Positions 7,336-18,534 of a stretch of 32,000 nucleotides of DNA are shown in pieces. Each line of letters opens with the position of its first letter. Within the stretch, counting starts at the first letter, position 1. The translations under genes were made by a program, and so were the position numbers. The notes under the pieces were generated by a model. It was not told where the DNA came from. It ran no database searches and worked only from the letters and a program-made list of their open reading frames with translations. Source of the stretch: Kineococcus radiotolerans SRS30216 = ATCC BAA-149 (lineage in GTDB: Bacteria > Actinomycetota > Actinomycetes > Actinomycetales > Kineococcaceae); contig NC_009664.2 of assembly GCF_000017305.1 (NCBI RefSeq), positions 3,390,001 to 3,422,000 on the forward strand. Reading direction: 5' to 3'.

Positions 7336-8175
7336 GTGAGCGCCGCCCTCGCCCTGCTGGCCAGCGCCCTGTGGGGCACCTCCGACTTCCTCGGCGGCAG
7401 CGTCAGCCGCCGCCTGCGGGCCGCGCAGGTCCTGGCGGTGTCCCAGGTCCTCTCCGCCCTCGTCCTCCTGGTCGTCCTCGCCGCCACCGGCCGGGTGACC
7501 TCCCCCCCGGGCAGCTGGATCGGCTGGTCCGTCGTCGCCGGCGTGACGTGGGCCGCCGCGATGGGCGCGCTCTACACGGCCCTGGCGCGCGGCACGATGG
7601 GCGTGGTCGCCCCCATCGCCTCCTGCGGGATGCTCGTGCCCGTCGTCGTCTCCGTCGCCGGGGGTGAGCGCCCCGGGGCCCTGCAGCTGCTGGGCGCGGC
7701 GCTCGCCGTCGTGGGGGTGGTCGCCGCCGCCGGGCCGGACCTCACCTCCTCCGCGCGCGGCCAGGGCCGCGCCACCGCGCTCGCCCTGCTCGCCGCGCTG
7801 CTGTTCGGCATCGAGATCTACGCCCTCGCCCGCGGCAGCGAGGTCACCGTCTCGGGCTCGCTGCTGGGGATGCGGCTGTCCTCGGTGGTCCTGGTGGTGG
7901 CCGTGGCCCTGGCCCAGCGCCGCCGCTCGACCCCGGTGGGCGGGCGCGACCTGCTGCCCCTGCTGGGCCTGGGCGTCCTGGACCTCGCCGCGACCGCCGC
8001 CTACGCCCTCGCCTCCACCGGTGGCCTGGTCAGCGTCGTGGCCGTCCTCGCCTCCCTCTACCCCGCGGTGACGCTGCTGCTGGCCCGCCGCTTCCACGGC
8101 GAGCGCCTCAGCCGCGTCCAGGCGGGCGGGGTGGGGGTCGTCCTGGCGGGCGCGGTGCTCTGCGCCCTGGGCTGA
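7336..8175 (+). CDS. EamA/DMT-family transporter
   Basis: 279 aa with about 10 hydrophobic segments. The N-terminus LLASALWGTSDFLGG is typical of EamA-domain proteins. GGAG (7326-7329) lies 6 nt upstream of GTG 7336. Confidence 0.85.
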   Translation: MSAALALLASALWGTSDFLGGSVSRRLRAAQVLAVSQVLSALVLLVVLAATGRVTSPPGSWIGWSVVAGVTWAAAMGALYTALARGTMGVVAPIASCGMLVPVVVSVAGGERPGALQLLGAALAVVGVVAAAGPDLTSSARGQGRATALALLAALLFGIEIYALARGSEVTVSGSLLGMRLSSVVLVVAVALAQRRRSTPVGGRDLLPLLGLGVLDLAATAAYALASTGGLVSVVAVLASLYPAVTLLLARRFHGERLSRVQAGGVGVVLAGAVLCALG

Positions 8176-8257
8176 GCCCGGTCGCGCTCCCACCCGTTCG
8201 GCGGGTCGAGACGGGAGCCCGGGGCACCGAAGCCCTCTGTGACCCCGGGAGGACCAC

Positions 8258-10582
8258 GTGCTCGAAACCGACGAGCGACCACGGCCGGCCATCGTGCGCT
8301 GGCAACTGCCGCTGCACGCGGTGCTGCTCGTCGCGCCGCTGGCCTTCGCCGTCTCGACGGTCCCGGGGGTGCGGCCCGACGACGGGTACTCGTTCCTGCT
8401 CGACGGGTTGCTGAACAACCTCGCCTACGGGTCCGCCGCCGTCCTGTGCCTCGTGCGCAGCCTGACGAGCCCCGCCCGGCGCCGGACCCGGTTCCTGCTG
8501 GCCTCGGCGCTGGCCGTGTACGGCTCCGGCAACGTCTTCTGGACCGTCTTCGTGCGCCCGATGCCCGACCAGCCCTACCCCTCCGGCGCCGACGTCGGCT
8601 TCCTGCTCTTCTACCCCCTGGTCTTCGCCGCCCTCATCCGGGTGGCCGGCCAGCGCGACGGCCGCCACGCGCGCAGCCTGTGGCTGGACGGCGTGGTGGG
8701 CGGGCTCGCCGTCGGGGCGGTCGCCGCGGCCGCGGTCATCGGCCCCATCGTCTCCGCCTCCGGGTCGTGGGCCGCGGTCGCCACGACGTCGGCCTACCCC
8801 GCGCTGGACCTGCTCCTGCTCCTCGTGCTGGCCGCCGTCCTCTCCCTCTACGGGTGGCGGCCCCCCAGGGGGCTGTGGCTGCTGGCCGCCGGGCTCGTCC
8901 TCTTCGTCGTCGCCGACATGGCGTACCTGTTCTCCACCGCCCAGGGCACCTACGTCTCCGGCGGGGTCACCGACGGGGTCTGGATCACCGGGGTCGTGCT
9001 CATGGCCTTCACCCCCGGGTGGCCGTCCGCGCCCACCGGCCCGCGCCTGCCCGGGTGGGCCCTGCTCTCCCTGCCCGTGCTGTCCACCGTGGTGGCGCTC
9101 GGGGTCCTCGTCGTCGACCACAGCCACCCGCTGCACCCGGTGGCCATCGCCCTGGCCGCTACCGCCGTCCTCACCGCCCTGGCCCGCCTGCTGTTCACCT
9201 TCCGCGAGGTCACCCGCCTCGCCGAGCACCGGGAGCTGGCCCTCACCGACGACCTGACCGGCCTCGGCAACCGCCGCGCCCTGTACCAGCGCACGCCGGA
9301 GGTCCTGTCCCGGGCCGGGGAGGGGGCGAGCGCCGCCCTCCTGCTGCTGGACCTCGACGGGTTCAAGGAGGTCAACGACAGCCTCGGCCACCAGGCGGGG
9401 GACGCCCTGCTGCGCGACGTGGCCCGCCGCCTGGGCGAGGCGGCGGGCACCGAGGACAGCGTGGTGGCGCGCCTGGGCGGTGACGAGTTCGCCGTGGTGC
9501 GCGTCGGTGCGGGGACCGGGGAGGCCGTGGCCCTCGCCGAGCTGCTCCACGAGACCCTGCGCCGGCCCTACGCCGTCGAGGGCGTCCAGGTCCGCGCCCG
9601 CACCAGCATCGGCATCTCCGTGCTGCCGGCGGCCTCGGCGGAGCTGACGACGCTGCTGCGCCAGGCCGACGTGGCGATGTACCACGCCAAGACCCAGCAC
9701 CTGGGGACGTTCGCCTACTGCGCGGAGATCGACCAGTTCGCCTCGGGGGAGCGGCTGGAGACCGCCGAGCTGCTGCGCTCCGACATCGCGGCCCGGCGCA
9801 TGGTCGTGCACTACCAGCCCAAGGTCGACGTGGCCTCGGGCGAGGTGCACGGCGTCGAGGCCCTCGTCCGCTGGCAGCACCCCCGCCGCGGACTGCTCTA
9901 CCCCGACGCCTTCCTGCCCGTGGTGGAGAGCGCCGGCCTCATGGAGGACCTGACCCGCGCGGTGCTGGAGCAGTCGCTGGACCAGGCCGCGGCCTGGTGG
10001 CGCGCCGGGCGGCCCCTGGCCGTCGCCGTCAACCTCTCGGCGTCCTCCCTGGGGGACGTCGACCTGCCCGACCGGGTGTCGCGGCTGCTGGCCGAGCGCC
10101 GGCTGCCCGCGCGCCTGCTGGAGATCGAGATCACGGAGGACTTCCTCATGGCCGACCGCGAACGCGCCCAGGGGATCCTGGGGGGCCTGCGCGCCCGCGG
10201 GGTCCGGGTGGCCGTCGACGACTACGGCACCGGCTACTCCTCGCTGGCGTACCTGCGCGAGCTGCCCATCGACGACCTGAAGCTGGACCGGTCCTTCCTC
10301 ACCGACCTCACCGGCGACCCCCGCGCCCTGGCCATCGTCGAGTCGACGATCGCGCTGGCCCACGCGCTGGGGCTGCGCCTGGTCGCCGAGGGGGTCGAGG
10401 ACGAGGTCACCAGCCGGGGGCTGGTCGCCGCGGGCTGCGACGTCCTGCAGGGGTGGCTCTACGCCAAGGCCATGCCCCCCGCCGACCTCGAGGCGTGGCT
10501 GCGGGGCCACGACCCGCGCACGGTGCCGAGCCGGCCGCTGAGCGCCCCGGTGCTGCCGGTGCTGGCCGGGGGCCGCTCGTGA
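8258..10582 (+). CDS. Membrane-bound bifunctional diguanylate cyclase/phosphodiesterase (polytopic sensor domain + GGDEF + EAL)
   Basis: 774 aa. The N-terminal ~280 aa are polytopic. DLTGLGNRR, GGDEF (9476-9490), EAL (9857-9865), NLS, EITE, DDYGTGYSS, KLD, EGVE and QG are all present. GGGAGGA Shine-Dalgarno at 8247-8253. Confidence 0.93.
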   Translation: MLETDERPRPAIVRWQLPLHAVLLVAPLAFAVSTVPGVRPDDGYSFLLDGLLNNLAYGSAAVLCLVRSLTSPARRRTRFLLASALAVYGSGNVFWTVFVRPMPDQPYPSGADVGFLLFYPLVFAALIRVAGQRDGRHARSLWLDGVVGGLAVGAVAAAAVIGPIVSASGSWAAVATTSAYPALDLLLLLVLAAVLSLYGWRPPRGLWLLAAGLVLFVVADMAYLFSTAQGTYVSGGVTDGVWITGVVLMAFTPGWPSAPTGPRLPGWALLSLPVLSTVVALGVLVVDHSHPLHPVAIALAATAVLTALARLLFTFREVTRLAEHRELALTDDLTGLGNRRALYQRTPEVLSRAGEGASAALLLLDLDGFKEVNDSLGHQAGDALLRDVARRLGEAAGTEDSVVARLGGDEFAVVRVGAGTGEAVALAELLHETLRRPYAVEGVQVRARTSIGISVLPAASAELTTLLRQADVAMYHAKTQHLGTFAYCAEIDQFASGERLETAELLRSDIAARRMVVHYQPKVDVASGEVHGVEALVRWQHPRRGLLYPDAFLPVVESAGLMEDLTRAVLEQSLDQAAAWWRAGRPLAVAVNLSASSLGDVDLPDRVSRLLAERRLPARLLEIEITEDFLMADRERAQGILGGLRARGVRVAVDDYGTGYSSLAYLRELPIDDLKLDRSFLTDLTGDPRALAIVESTIALAHALGLRLVAEGVEDEVTSRGLVAAGCDVLQGWLYAKAMPPADLEAWLRGHDPRTVPSRPLSAPVLPVLAGGRS

Positions 10583-11679
10583 GCGTCTCGTCGGTGCCGC
10601 GCCTGGAGGGGGCCCCCGCGGGGGGGACCGCCGTGCGGGGGATCGTCGAGGTCGAGGCGGCCGTCGTCGAGGGCCGGGCCGCGGTCTCGGCCCACCTCGA
10701 GCGGTTCCACGACCTGCACGCCCACCCCGCGACCCCGCCCACCGCGGGCGTCGCGTGGCTGCGGCGGGTCCTGCCGAGCGCCCCGCCCGCGTCGGTGTGG
10801 GCCGTCCACGTCGACGGCGGGCCGGGGGAGCGGGCCGCGCTCGTCCTCGTCGACCGCGTCGACGACGGCGGGCGGCGCACCGAGCTGCTCGCCGGCGGCG
10901 GTGGGCACCAGGCGTCCCTCGCGGCGACGACCCCCGCGGCCGCGGCCCGGCTCGGGCAGGTGCTCGGGGAGGCCGCCCACCGGCGCGGCAGCGCGCTGCA
11001 CCTCGCCGAGCTGCCCGACGACCCCCGCGTCCACGCCCTGGCCGCGGGGGCGGGGGCGGAGCTCCTCGACGCGCTGCCCGTGCCCGAGGTGCGGCGCCCG
11101 GCGGAGGGCGAGCACCTGGTCAGCTCCGGGGTGCGGAAGAACCTGCGCAAGACGCACAACCGCCTGGCCCACGACGGGATCGGCGCGGAGATGTCGTTCT
11201 CCACCGACCCGGCCGCCTTCGAGGCGGCCCTGCCCGAGCTGGAGGCGGCCTACCGCGACCGCGACGAGGCGCACGGCGTCCCCTGCGCGCTGGACACCCC
11301 CGCCGGGCGGGACACCTGGCTCGCCCGGCTGCGGGCGCTGGGCGACCTCGGCCGGCGGGAGCTGGCCGTCCTGCGCCTGGACAGGGAGCTGGCCGCCTAC
11401 GTCGTCGGGGTGCCCGGGGGCGAGCGGTACGGGATCTTCGACGGCCGCTTCGTCACCCGCTGGGCGCGCTTCTCGCCCGGGCGCCTGCTGGAGCACGAGG
11501 TGCTCCAGCGCGCCTTCGCCGACCCCGGCGTGGAGGTCGTGGACTGGATGACGGGGGTGGCGCCGGAGACGCTGCTGGCCGTCAGCGGCACCCGTCGCCG
11601 GCTCGTCGTGCGGCGCGGGCGGCCCGGGGTGCCCGTGCCCCGCTCCGCGGGTGGCGGAGGTGCGGCCCCCCTCGACTAG
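10579..11679 (+). CDS. CelD/BcsL-like GNAT acetyltransferase (Acetyltransf_6 / FemAB-like fold)
   Basis: 366 aa. VRKNLRKTHNRLAHDG followed by ...LAVLRLDRELAAYVVG...RFSPGRLLEHEVLQRA resembles CelD-type GNAT proteins. GTG 10579 overlaps the GGDEF-EAL stop (GTGA at 10579-10582). Confidence 0.78.
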   Translation: MSVSSVPRLEGAPAGGTAVRGIVEVEAAVVEGRAAVSAHLERFHDLHAHPATPPTAGVAWLRRVLPSAPPASVWAVHVDGGPGERAALVLVDRVDDGGRRTELLAGGGGHQASLAATTPAAAARLGQVLGEAAHRRGSALHLAELPDDPRVHALAAGAGAELLDALPVPEVRRPAEGEHLVSSGVRKNLRKTHNRLAHDGIGAEMSFSTDPAAFEAALPELEAAYRDRDEAHGVPCALDTPAGRDTWLARLRALGDLGRRELAVLRLDRELAAYVVGVPGGERYGIFDGRFVTRWARFSPGRLLEHEVLQRAFADPGVEVVDWMTGVAPETLLAVSGTRRRLVVRRGRPGVPVPRSAGGGGAAPLD

Positions 11680-11682
11680 CCT
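11677..11682 (+). promoter_or_regulatory. -10-like hexamer TAGCCT, 6 nt upstream of ettA GTG (leaderless ettA predicted)
   Basis: The hexamer starts with the TAG stop codon of the GNAT gene. The spacer GGGGTC is 6 nt, then GTG 11689. Confidence 0.4.
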
Positions 11683-11688
11683 GGGGTC

Positions 11689-13351
<1,663 letters not shown>

Positions 13352-13365
<14 letters not shown>

Positions 13366-14857
13366 CGGGTTCCACCGCCGGCCCGTCCTCCGCCACGGGG
13401 GCCGGGCCGGCGGCGCGCACCTGGTCGCGCCCGCCGGTCTTCGCCGCGTACAGCGCGGCGTCGGCGCGGCCGAAGACCTCCGCGGCCGACTCCAGGCCGT
13501 CCCAGCGCGCCACGCCCGCGGACACCGTCTGCCCCGCGGGGGTGGTGGCGGCCAGGGCCTGCACCACCGCCACCGACGCCGGCAGGTCGTGCCCGAGCAG
13601 CAGCAGGACGAACTCCTCCCCGCCCCAGCGGCCCAGCAGCGCGGTGCGGTCCGGGCCGGCGGCGGCGCCGCCGGCCTCCAGCGCCCCCCGCCACGCCTGG
13701 GCGGACTGCACCAGCAGGCGGTCCCCGGCCTGGTGGCCGAAGGTGTCGTTGAAGGCCTTGAAGCGGTCGAGGTCGAGGACCGCCACGCACAGCGGCGACC
13801 CCTCCGCGCGCGAGCGCGTCTGCAGCCGTTCCAGCTCCGCGTCGCTGGTGCGGCGGTTGGGCAGGCCGGTGAGGGCGTCGGTACGGGCCAGGTCGGCCAG
13901 GCGCGAGGCCTGCCCCTCCAGGTGGCGCAGCAGCCCCGACATCCGCATCACGACCAGCAGGAACAGCACCACCGACGACAGGGCCACCGCCCACGCCTCC
14001 AGCTGCGCCCCGACGGCGAGCTGGAGCAGCAGCGTCCCGGGGGAGACGAGGCTGGCCAGCGTCAGCGCGGCGAGGCGCCCGCGGGTGAAGCGGGTCCCCC
14101 CCTCGGCGCCGCCGCCGTCGGCGAGGTGGCGCATCGAGGGGTGCAGCGCGGCCGCGGCGAAGGCCACGTAGCCCAGCAGCCACGGCAGCGAGGTGAGCCC
14201 GCCGGAGTACGTCCCCGTCATCGAGGTGTACTGGTAGGCGGAGTCCGCGACCAGCAGCAGCGCGTTGGCCGCCACCAGCCAGCGGAACGCCGCGGTCCGC
14301 GCCCCCGCCGTGGTCAGCAGCCGCACCAGCAGGGCCAGCAGCAGCACGTCGCCCAGCGGGTAGGCCGCGGCCAGGACCCGGGCGGCGGTGGAGTCCCCGG
14401 CGGCCTCCAGGCCCGGGCGCATCAGCAGGACCCAGCTGATGAGGACGAAGCCGACCGTGAAGATCGCGGAGTCGATCAGGCCCTCCCGGTCACCGTGACC
14501 GCCGCGGGCCCGCACGAACCGCCAGAACCCCGCGGCGATGAGGACGTAGCTGCTGAGGTACAGGACGTCGGCGGGGGAGGGGAACGGCGACGTGCCCAGG
14601 ACCCAGGTGTAGACCGCCCACAGCAGGTCCGCGCAGGCCCACACCGCGATGCCGGCCGTGACCAGCCACCACCCCCCGGGGGCCAGCGGCGCGTGCCGGC
14701 GCACCCCGACGACCATCACCGCCACGCAGCCGAAGCTGATGGCGGTGTACAGGGCGTCGCGACCCGCGCCGACGGGCAGCAGCACGCAGACGAGGGACAG
14801 GACGACGCCGACGGCCAGGTGCAGGCGGAACGGGGTGTCGGGACGGGCACGGCTCAC
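13352..14857 (-). CDS. Membrane-bound diguanylate cyclase (polytopic sensor domain + GGDEF domain, GGEEF motif)
   Basis: 501 aa. Polytopic N-terminus, then DALTGLPNRR, DLDRFKAFNDTFGHQAGD and GGEEF (13610-13624, minus strand). GTG start at 14857. The 3' end overlaps ettA by 14 bp. Confidence 0.92.
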
Positions 14858-14920
14858 GCTGGTGGGATCGGCGCGCGCGGACCCCGCGCTGAGGTGGGGC
14901 CACCCGTTCGGGCCCGCCCG

Positions 14921-15778
14921 TCAGGGCACCCGGACCATGCCCTCCTGGGCGACGGTGGCGATCAGCCGGCCCGCCCGGTCGTACATCCGGCCCGTGGACA
15001 ACCCCCGTGCCCCCGAGGCGCTGGGGCTCTCCTGGACGTACAGGACCCACTCGTCGGCGCGGGCCGGGCGGTGCCACCACATCGCGTGGTCCAGGCTCGC
15101 CACGCTCATGCCCGGCGCCGCCCACGCCAGGCCGTGCCGGCGCAGCACCGGCTCCAGGACGCTGAGGTCGCTGGCGTAGGCCAGGGCCGCGCGGTGCAGC
15201 AGGTCCGGGCCCGGCAGGGGGGCGTCGAGGCGGAACCAGACCGCCTGCCCGGCGCGGCGCTCGGGGTCGGGGTCGGTGTAGAGGGCGGGTTCGACGTGGC
15301 GCAGCTCCACGTGGCGCCCGCGCCCGAGCTGGCGGGCCGCGGGGTGGTCCAGGGCGTCGAGCAGGACGTAGTCGCTGGTCAGGTCCTCCGGACCGGGGAC
15401 GTCGGGGGCCGGTTCGTGGTGCTCCAGGCCCTCCGCGGCGGTCTGGAAGGAGGCGATGCCGGAGAGGATCGGGACCCCGTCCTGCACCGCCTGCACCCGC
15501 CGCGCGGAGAAGGACCGCCCGTCGCGCAGGCGCTCCACCGCGAAGACCACCGGGACCCGCGGGTCGCCCGGGCGCAGGAAGTAGGCGTGCAGCGAGTGCA
15601 GGTCGCGGTCCTCGGGGACGGTCCGCCCGGCCGCCACCGCGACCTGGCCGAGCACCTGGCCGCCGAAGAGCCGGGGACGCCAGTGCGGGAGGTTGGGGCC
15701 GGTGAACACGTCCCCCGCGCCCCCCGCGTCGTCGGCGGGTCGCACGTCGAGCACGGGCAGCAGCGGCGAGGCGGTCAC
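14921..15778 (-). CDS. tesB: Acyl-CoA thioesterase II (double hot-dog)
   Basis: 285 aa carrying the TesB-type motifs LHSLHAYFLRPGD and SLDHAMWWHRP. GTG start at 15778. Confidence 0.9.
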   Translation of the reverse strand: MTASPLLPVLDVRPADDAGGAGDVFTGPNLPHWRPRLFGGQVLGQVAVAAGRTVPEDRDLHSLHAYFLRPGDPRVPVVFAVERLRDGRSFSARRVQAVQDGVPILSGIASFQTAAEGLEHHEPAPDVPGPEDLTSDYVLLDALDHPAARQLGRGRHVELRHVEPALYTDPDPERRAGQAVWFRLDAPLPGPDLLHRAALAYASDLSVLEPVLRRHGLAWAAPGMSVASLDHAMWWHRPARADEWVLYVQESPSASGARGLSTGRMYDRAGRLIATVAQEGMVRVP

Positions 15779-15784
15779 CCCGGC

Positions 15785-15790
15785 ACGCTA
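15785..15790 (-). promoter_or_regulatory. -10-like hexamer TAGCGT (minus strand), 6 nt upstream of tesB GTG
   Basis: The reverse complement of ACGCTA is TAGCGT. A 6-nt spacer (15779-15784) precedes the start codon at 15778. No Shine-Dalgarno sequence. Confidence 0.4.
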
Positions 15791-15816
15791 CCGGGGCGCG
15801 TGCGCGGGGGCCGGGG

Positions 15817-15822
15817 TAGCGT
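15817..15822 (+). promoter_or_regulatory. -10-like hexamer TAGCGT, 6 nt upstream of the oxidoreductase GTG 15829
   Basis: It is the mirror image of the tesB element. The two hexamers are the cores of the 8-bp inverted repeat ACGCTACC/GGTAGCGT. Confidence 0.4.
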
Positions 15823-15828
15823 CGCCGC

Positions 15829-16794
15829 GTGCTCGCCGCCCGCGCCGTCCGCAGCAGCCCCGACGACCCGCTGTCCGCGCTGGAGGTCGCCGACGCCCCC
15901 GCCGCCGACGCGCCCCCGGGGTGGGTCCGGGTCACCGTGGCCGCCGCGGCGCTGAACCGGCACGACCTGTGGAGCCTGCGCGGGGTGGGCCTGCCCGCCG
16001 ACCGGCTGCCGATGGTGCTGGGCTGCGACGCGGCGGGGACCACCGACGACGGCGACGAGGTCGTCGTGCACGCGGTGGTCTCCGACGACGACTTCCGCGG
16101 TGACGAGACCCTCGACCCCCGCCGGACGCTGCTGTCCGAGCGGTACCCGGGGACGCTGGCCGAGCACGTGTGGGTCCCGCGCCGGAACCTGCTGCCCAAG
16201 CCCGCGGGCTGGAGCGCGGAGCGCGCCGCGTCGCTGGGCACGGCCTGGCTGACCGCCTACCGGATGCTGTTCACCCAGGCCCGCGCGGTGCCGGGGCAGA
16301 CGGTCCTCGTCCAGGGTGCCGCGGGCGGGGTGTCCAACGCGCTGATCGTCCTCGGGGCCGCGGCGGGCCTGACCGTGTGGGTCACCGGGCGGGACCCGCA
16401 GCGGCGGGAGCGGGCCCTGGCCTGGGGCGCGGCGGCGACGTTCGCGAGCGGGGAGCGGCTGCCCGGGCGGGTCGACGCCGTGTTCGAGACGGTGGGCGAG
16501 GCGACCTGGGAGCACTCGATCCGGTCGCTGGAGCCGGGCGGGTGCGTCGTCGTCTCCGGGGCCACCACCGGCGGCGGCCCGCCGGCGATGCTGCAGAACG
16601 TGTTCTTCACCCAGCTGCGGGTGCTGGGCTCGACGATGGGCACCCGCGACGAGTTCCAGCGGCTGCTGCGGTTCTGCGACACCGCCGGCCTGGAACCCGA
16701 GGTCGACTCCGTCCACGCCCTCGCCGACGCCCGGGACGCGTTCGCGCGCCTGGAGTCCGGTGAGGCCGTGGGGAAGGTGCTCGTCCGGCCCTGA
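15829..16794 (+). CDS. MDR-superfamily NAD(P)H quinone-oxidoreductase-like / zinc-type alcohol dehydrogenase-like protein
   Basis: 321 aa. GroES-like N-terminus, nucleotide-binding GAAGGVS, C-terminal ...GEAVGKVLVRP typical of the Qor/zeta-crystallin family. No obvious catalytic-Zn ligand set. Confidence 0.85.
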   Translation: MLAARAVRSSPDDPLSALEVADAPAADAPPGWVRVTVAAAALNRHDLWSLRGVGLPADRLPMVLGCDAAGTTDDGDEVVVHAVVSDDDFRGDETLDPRRTLLSERYPGTLAEHVWVPRRNLLPKPAGWSAERAASLGTAWLTAYRMLFTQARAVPGQTVLVQGAAGGVSNALIVLGAAAGLTVWVTGRDPQRRERALAWGAAATFASGERLPGRVDAVFETVGEATWEHSIRSLEPGGCVVVSGATTGGGPPAMLQNVFFTQLRVLGSTMGTRDEFQRLLRFCDTAGLEPEVDSVHALADARDAFARLESGEAVGKVLVRP

Positions 16795-16797
16795 GCC

Positions 16798-18438
16798 TCA
16801 GCCGAGGCGGAACCAGGCCGCGGTGTCGGTCGGGACCCGCCCCTCCACCAGGTCCCCGCTGGCGACCAGCGGGCTCGCCCCGTCGGGCACAGCGACCGGC
16901 TCGGCCCCGAGGTTGGCGACCACCAGCACGTCACCGCTGGTGAAGGCGAGGACGTCGGGGCCGGACAGCTCGTGCCAGCGCAGCTCCCGCCGGCCCAGCC
17001 GCAGCTCCCGGCGCAGCCGGACCAGGGTGCGGTACAGCTCCAGGGTGGAGCCGGCCACGCCCGTCTGCGCCGCCACCGACAGCTCCGCCCACCGCGCCGG
17101 CTGCGGCAGCCAGCTCGCGGGACCGGGACCGAAGCCGTAGGAGGCGCTCGTGCCCTCCCACGGGATCGGGACGCGGCACCCGTCGCGGCCCACGTCGGCG
17201 CCCCCCGTCCGGGCGAAGGTCGGGTCCTGGCGGACCTCGGCGGGCAGCGTCGTCACCTCGGGCAGGCCCAGCTCCTCCCCCTGGTACAGGTACGCGCCGC
17301 CGGGCAGGGCGAGGGTGAACGTCGTCGCCGCGCGCGCCCGGCGCAGGCCGAGCTCTGCGTCGGGCTGCGCGTCGTCGGGCCCGACCCCGGTGGTGGGTTC
17401 GGAACCGGCCGGGTAGCCCAGCCGGCTGGCGTGGCGGACGACGTCGTGGTTGGACAGCACCCACGTCGCGGGGGCGTCCTCGACGGCGTGCGCGGCCAGC
17501 GTCGCGTCGACGACCTCGCGCAGCTCCCGCGCGCGCCACGGGGCGCGCAGGTGGTCGAAGTTGAAGGCCTGGTGCATCTCGTCGGGGCGCAGGTAGCGCA
17601 CGAGGCGCTCCGGCGGGCTGACCCACGCCTCGGCCACCAGCAGCCGGTCCCCGGGGTAGGCGTCCAGGACGCGGCGCCAGCCCCGGTAGATCTCGTGGAC
17701 GCCCTCCTGGTCCCACATGGGGGGCCGCTCGCCGCTGGCGTTCGCCCCGTCCAGCATCGCCTGGTCGTGGTCCCACTCGGGCAGGCCCTCGGCCTTGACG
17801 AGGCCGTGGGCGACGTCGACGCGGAAGCCGTCGACGCCGCGGTCCAGCCAGAACCGCAGGACGTCCTCGAACTCCGCGACGACCTCGGGGTGGGACCAGT
17901 CCAGGTCCGGCTGGCTGGAGTCGAACAGGTGCAGGTACCAGGACCCGTCCGCGACCCGCGTCCAGGCCGGGCCGCCGAAGACCGAGCGCCAGGAGTTCGG
18001 GGGCCGCTCGCCGTGCTCGCCGCGGCCCTCGCGGAAGACGTAGCGGGCGCGTTCGGGCGAGCCCGCTCCCGCGGCCAGCGCGGCCCGGAACCAGGCGTGC
18101 TCGGCGGAGGTGTGGTTGGGGACGAGGTCCACCACGACCCGCAACCCGAGCTCGCGGGCGCGCGCGGTGAGGCGGTCGAAGTCGTCGAGGGTGCCGAAGA
18201 CCGGCTCGATCCCGCGGTAGTCGGCGACGTCGTAGCCCGCGTCCCGCTGCGGGGAGGGGTAGACGGGGGAGAGCCAGACCGCGTCGACGCCGAGGTCGGC
18301 GAGGTGGCCCAGGCGGGCGGTGACGCCGGGCAGGTCGCCCATCCCGTCGCCGTCGCCGTCGGCGAAGCTGCGGGGGTAGACCTGGTAGATCACGGCGTCG
18401 CGCCACCAGGGGACGTCCGGGCGGTTCGGTTCGCTCAC
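16798..18438 (-). CDS. aglA: GH13 alpha-glucosidase (oligo-1,6-glucosidase / AglA-like)
   Basis: 546 aa. WWRDAVIYQVYPRSFADGDGDGMGDLPG, GVDGFRVDVAHG (nucleophile region), VAEAW (acid/base region), SNHD. Confidence 0.9.
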   Translation of the reverse strand: MSEPNRPDVPWWRDAVIYQVYPRSFADGDGDGMGDLPGVTARLGHLADLGVDAVWLSPVYPSPQRDAGYDVADYRGIEPVFGTLDDFDRLTARARELGLRVVVDLVPNHTSAEHAWFRAALAAGAGSPERARYVFREGRGEHGERPPNSWRSVFGGPAWTRVADGSWYLHLFDSSQPDLDWSHPEVVAEFEDVLRFWLDRGVDGFRVDVAHGLVKAEGLPEWDHDQAMLDGANASGERPPMWDQEGVHEIYRGWRRVLDAYPGDRLLVAEAWVSPPERLVRYLRPDEMHQAFNFDHLRAPWRARELREVVDATLAAHAVEDAPATWVLSNHDVVRHASRLGYPAGSEPTTGVGPDDAQPDAELGLRRARAATTFTLALPGGAYLYQGEELGLPEVTTLPAEVRQDPTFARTGGADVGRDGCRVPIPWEGTSASYGFGPGPASWLPQPARWAELSVAAQTGVAGSTLELYRTLVRLRRELRLGRRELRWHELSGPDVLAFTSGDVLVVANLGAEPVAVPDGASPLVASGDLVEGRVPTDTAAWFRLG

Positions 18439-18534
18439 CGGCCCATCCTGCCGCGGCCCCTCCCGGCGCGCACCGCCGCCGCGTCCGCCCGGCGGGCCCG
18501 GTGCCCGGCCGGACGCGGCGACGGCGGGCCGGGG

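Noticed and set aside
8190-8201. Exact 12-mer CCACCCGTTCGG shared by the upstream regions of both c-di-GMP genes (second copy 14900-14911)
   Set aside because: At this base composition exact 12-mers recur by chance many times in 32 kb. The two copies also lie in opposite orientation relative to their genes, so a common RNA or operator element is not supported.
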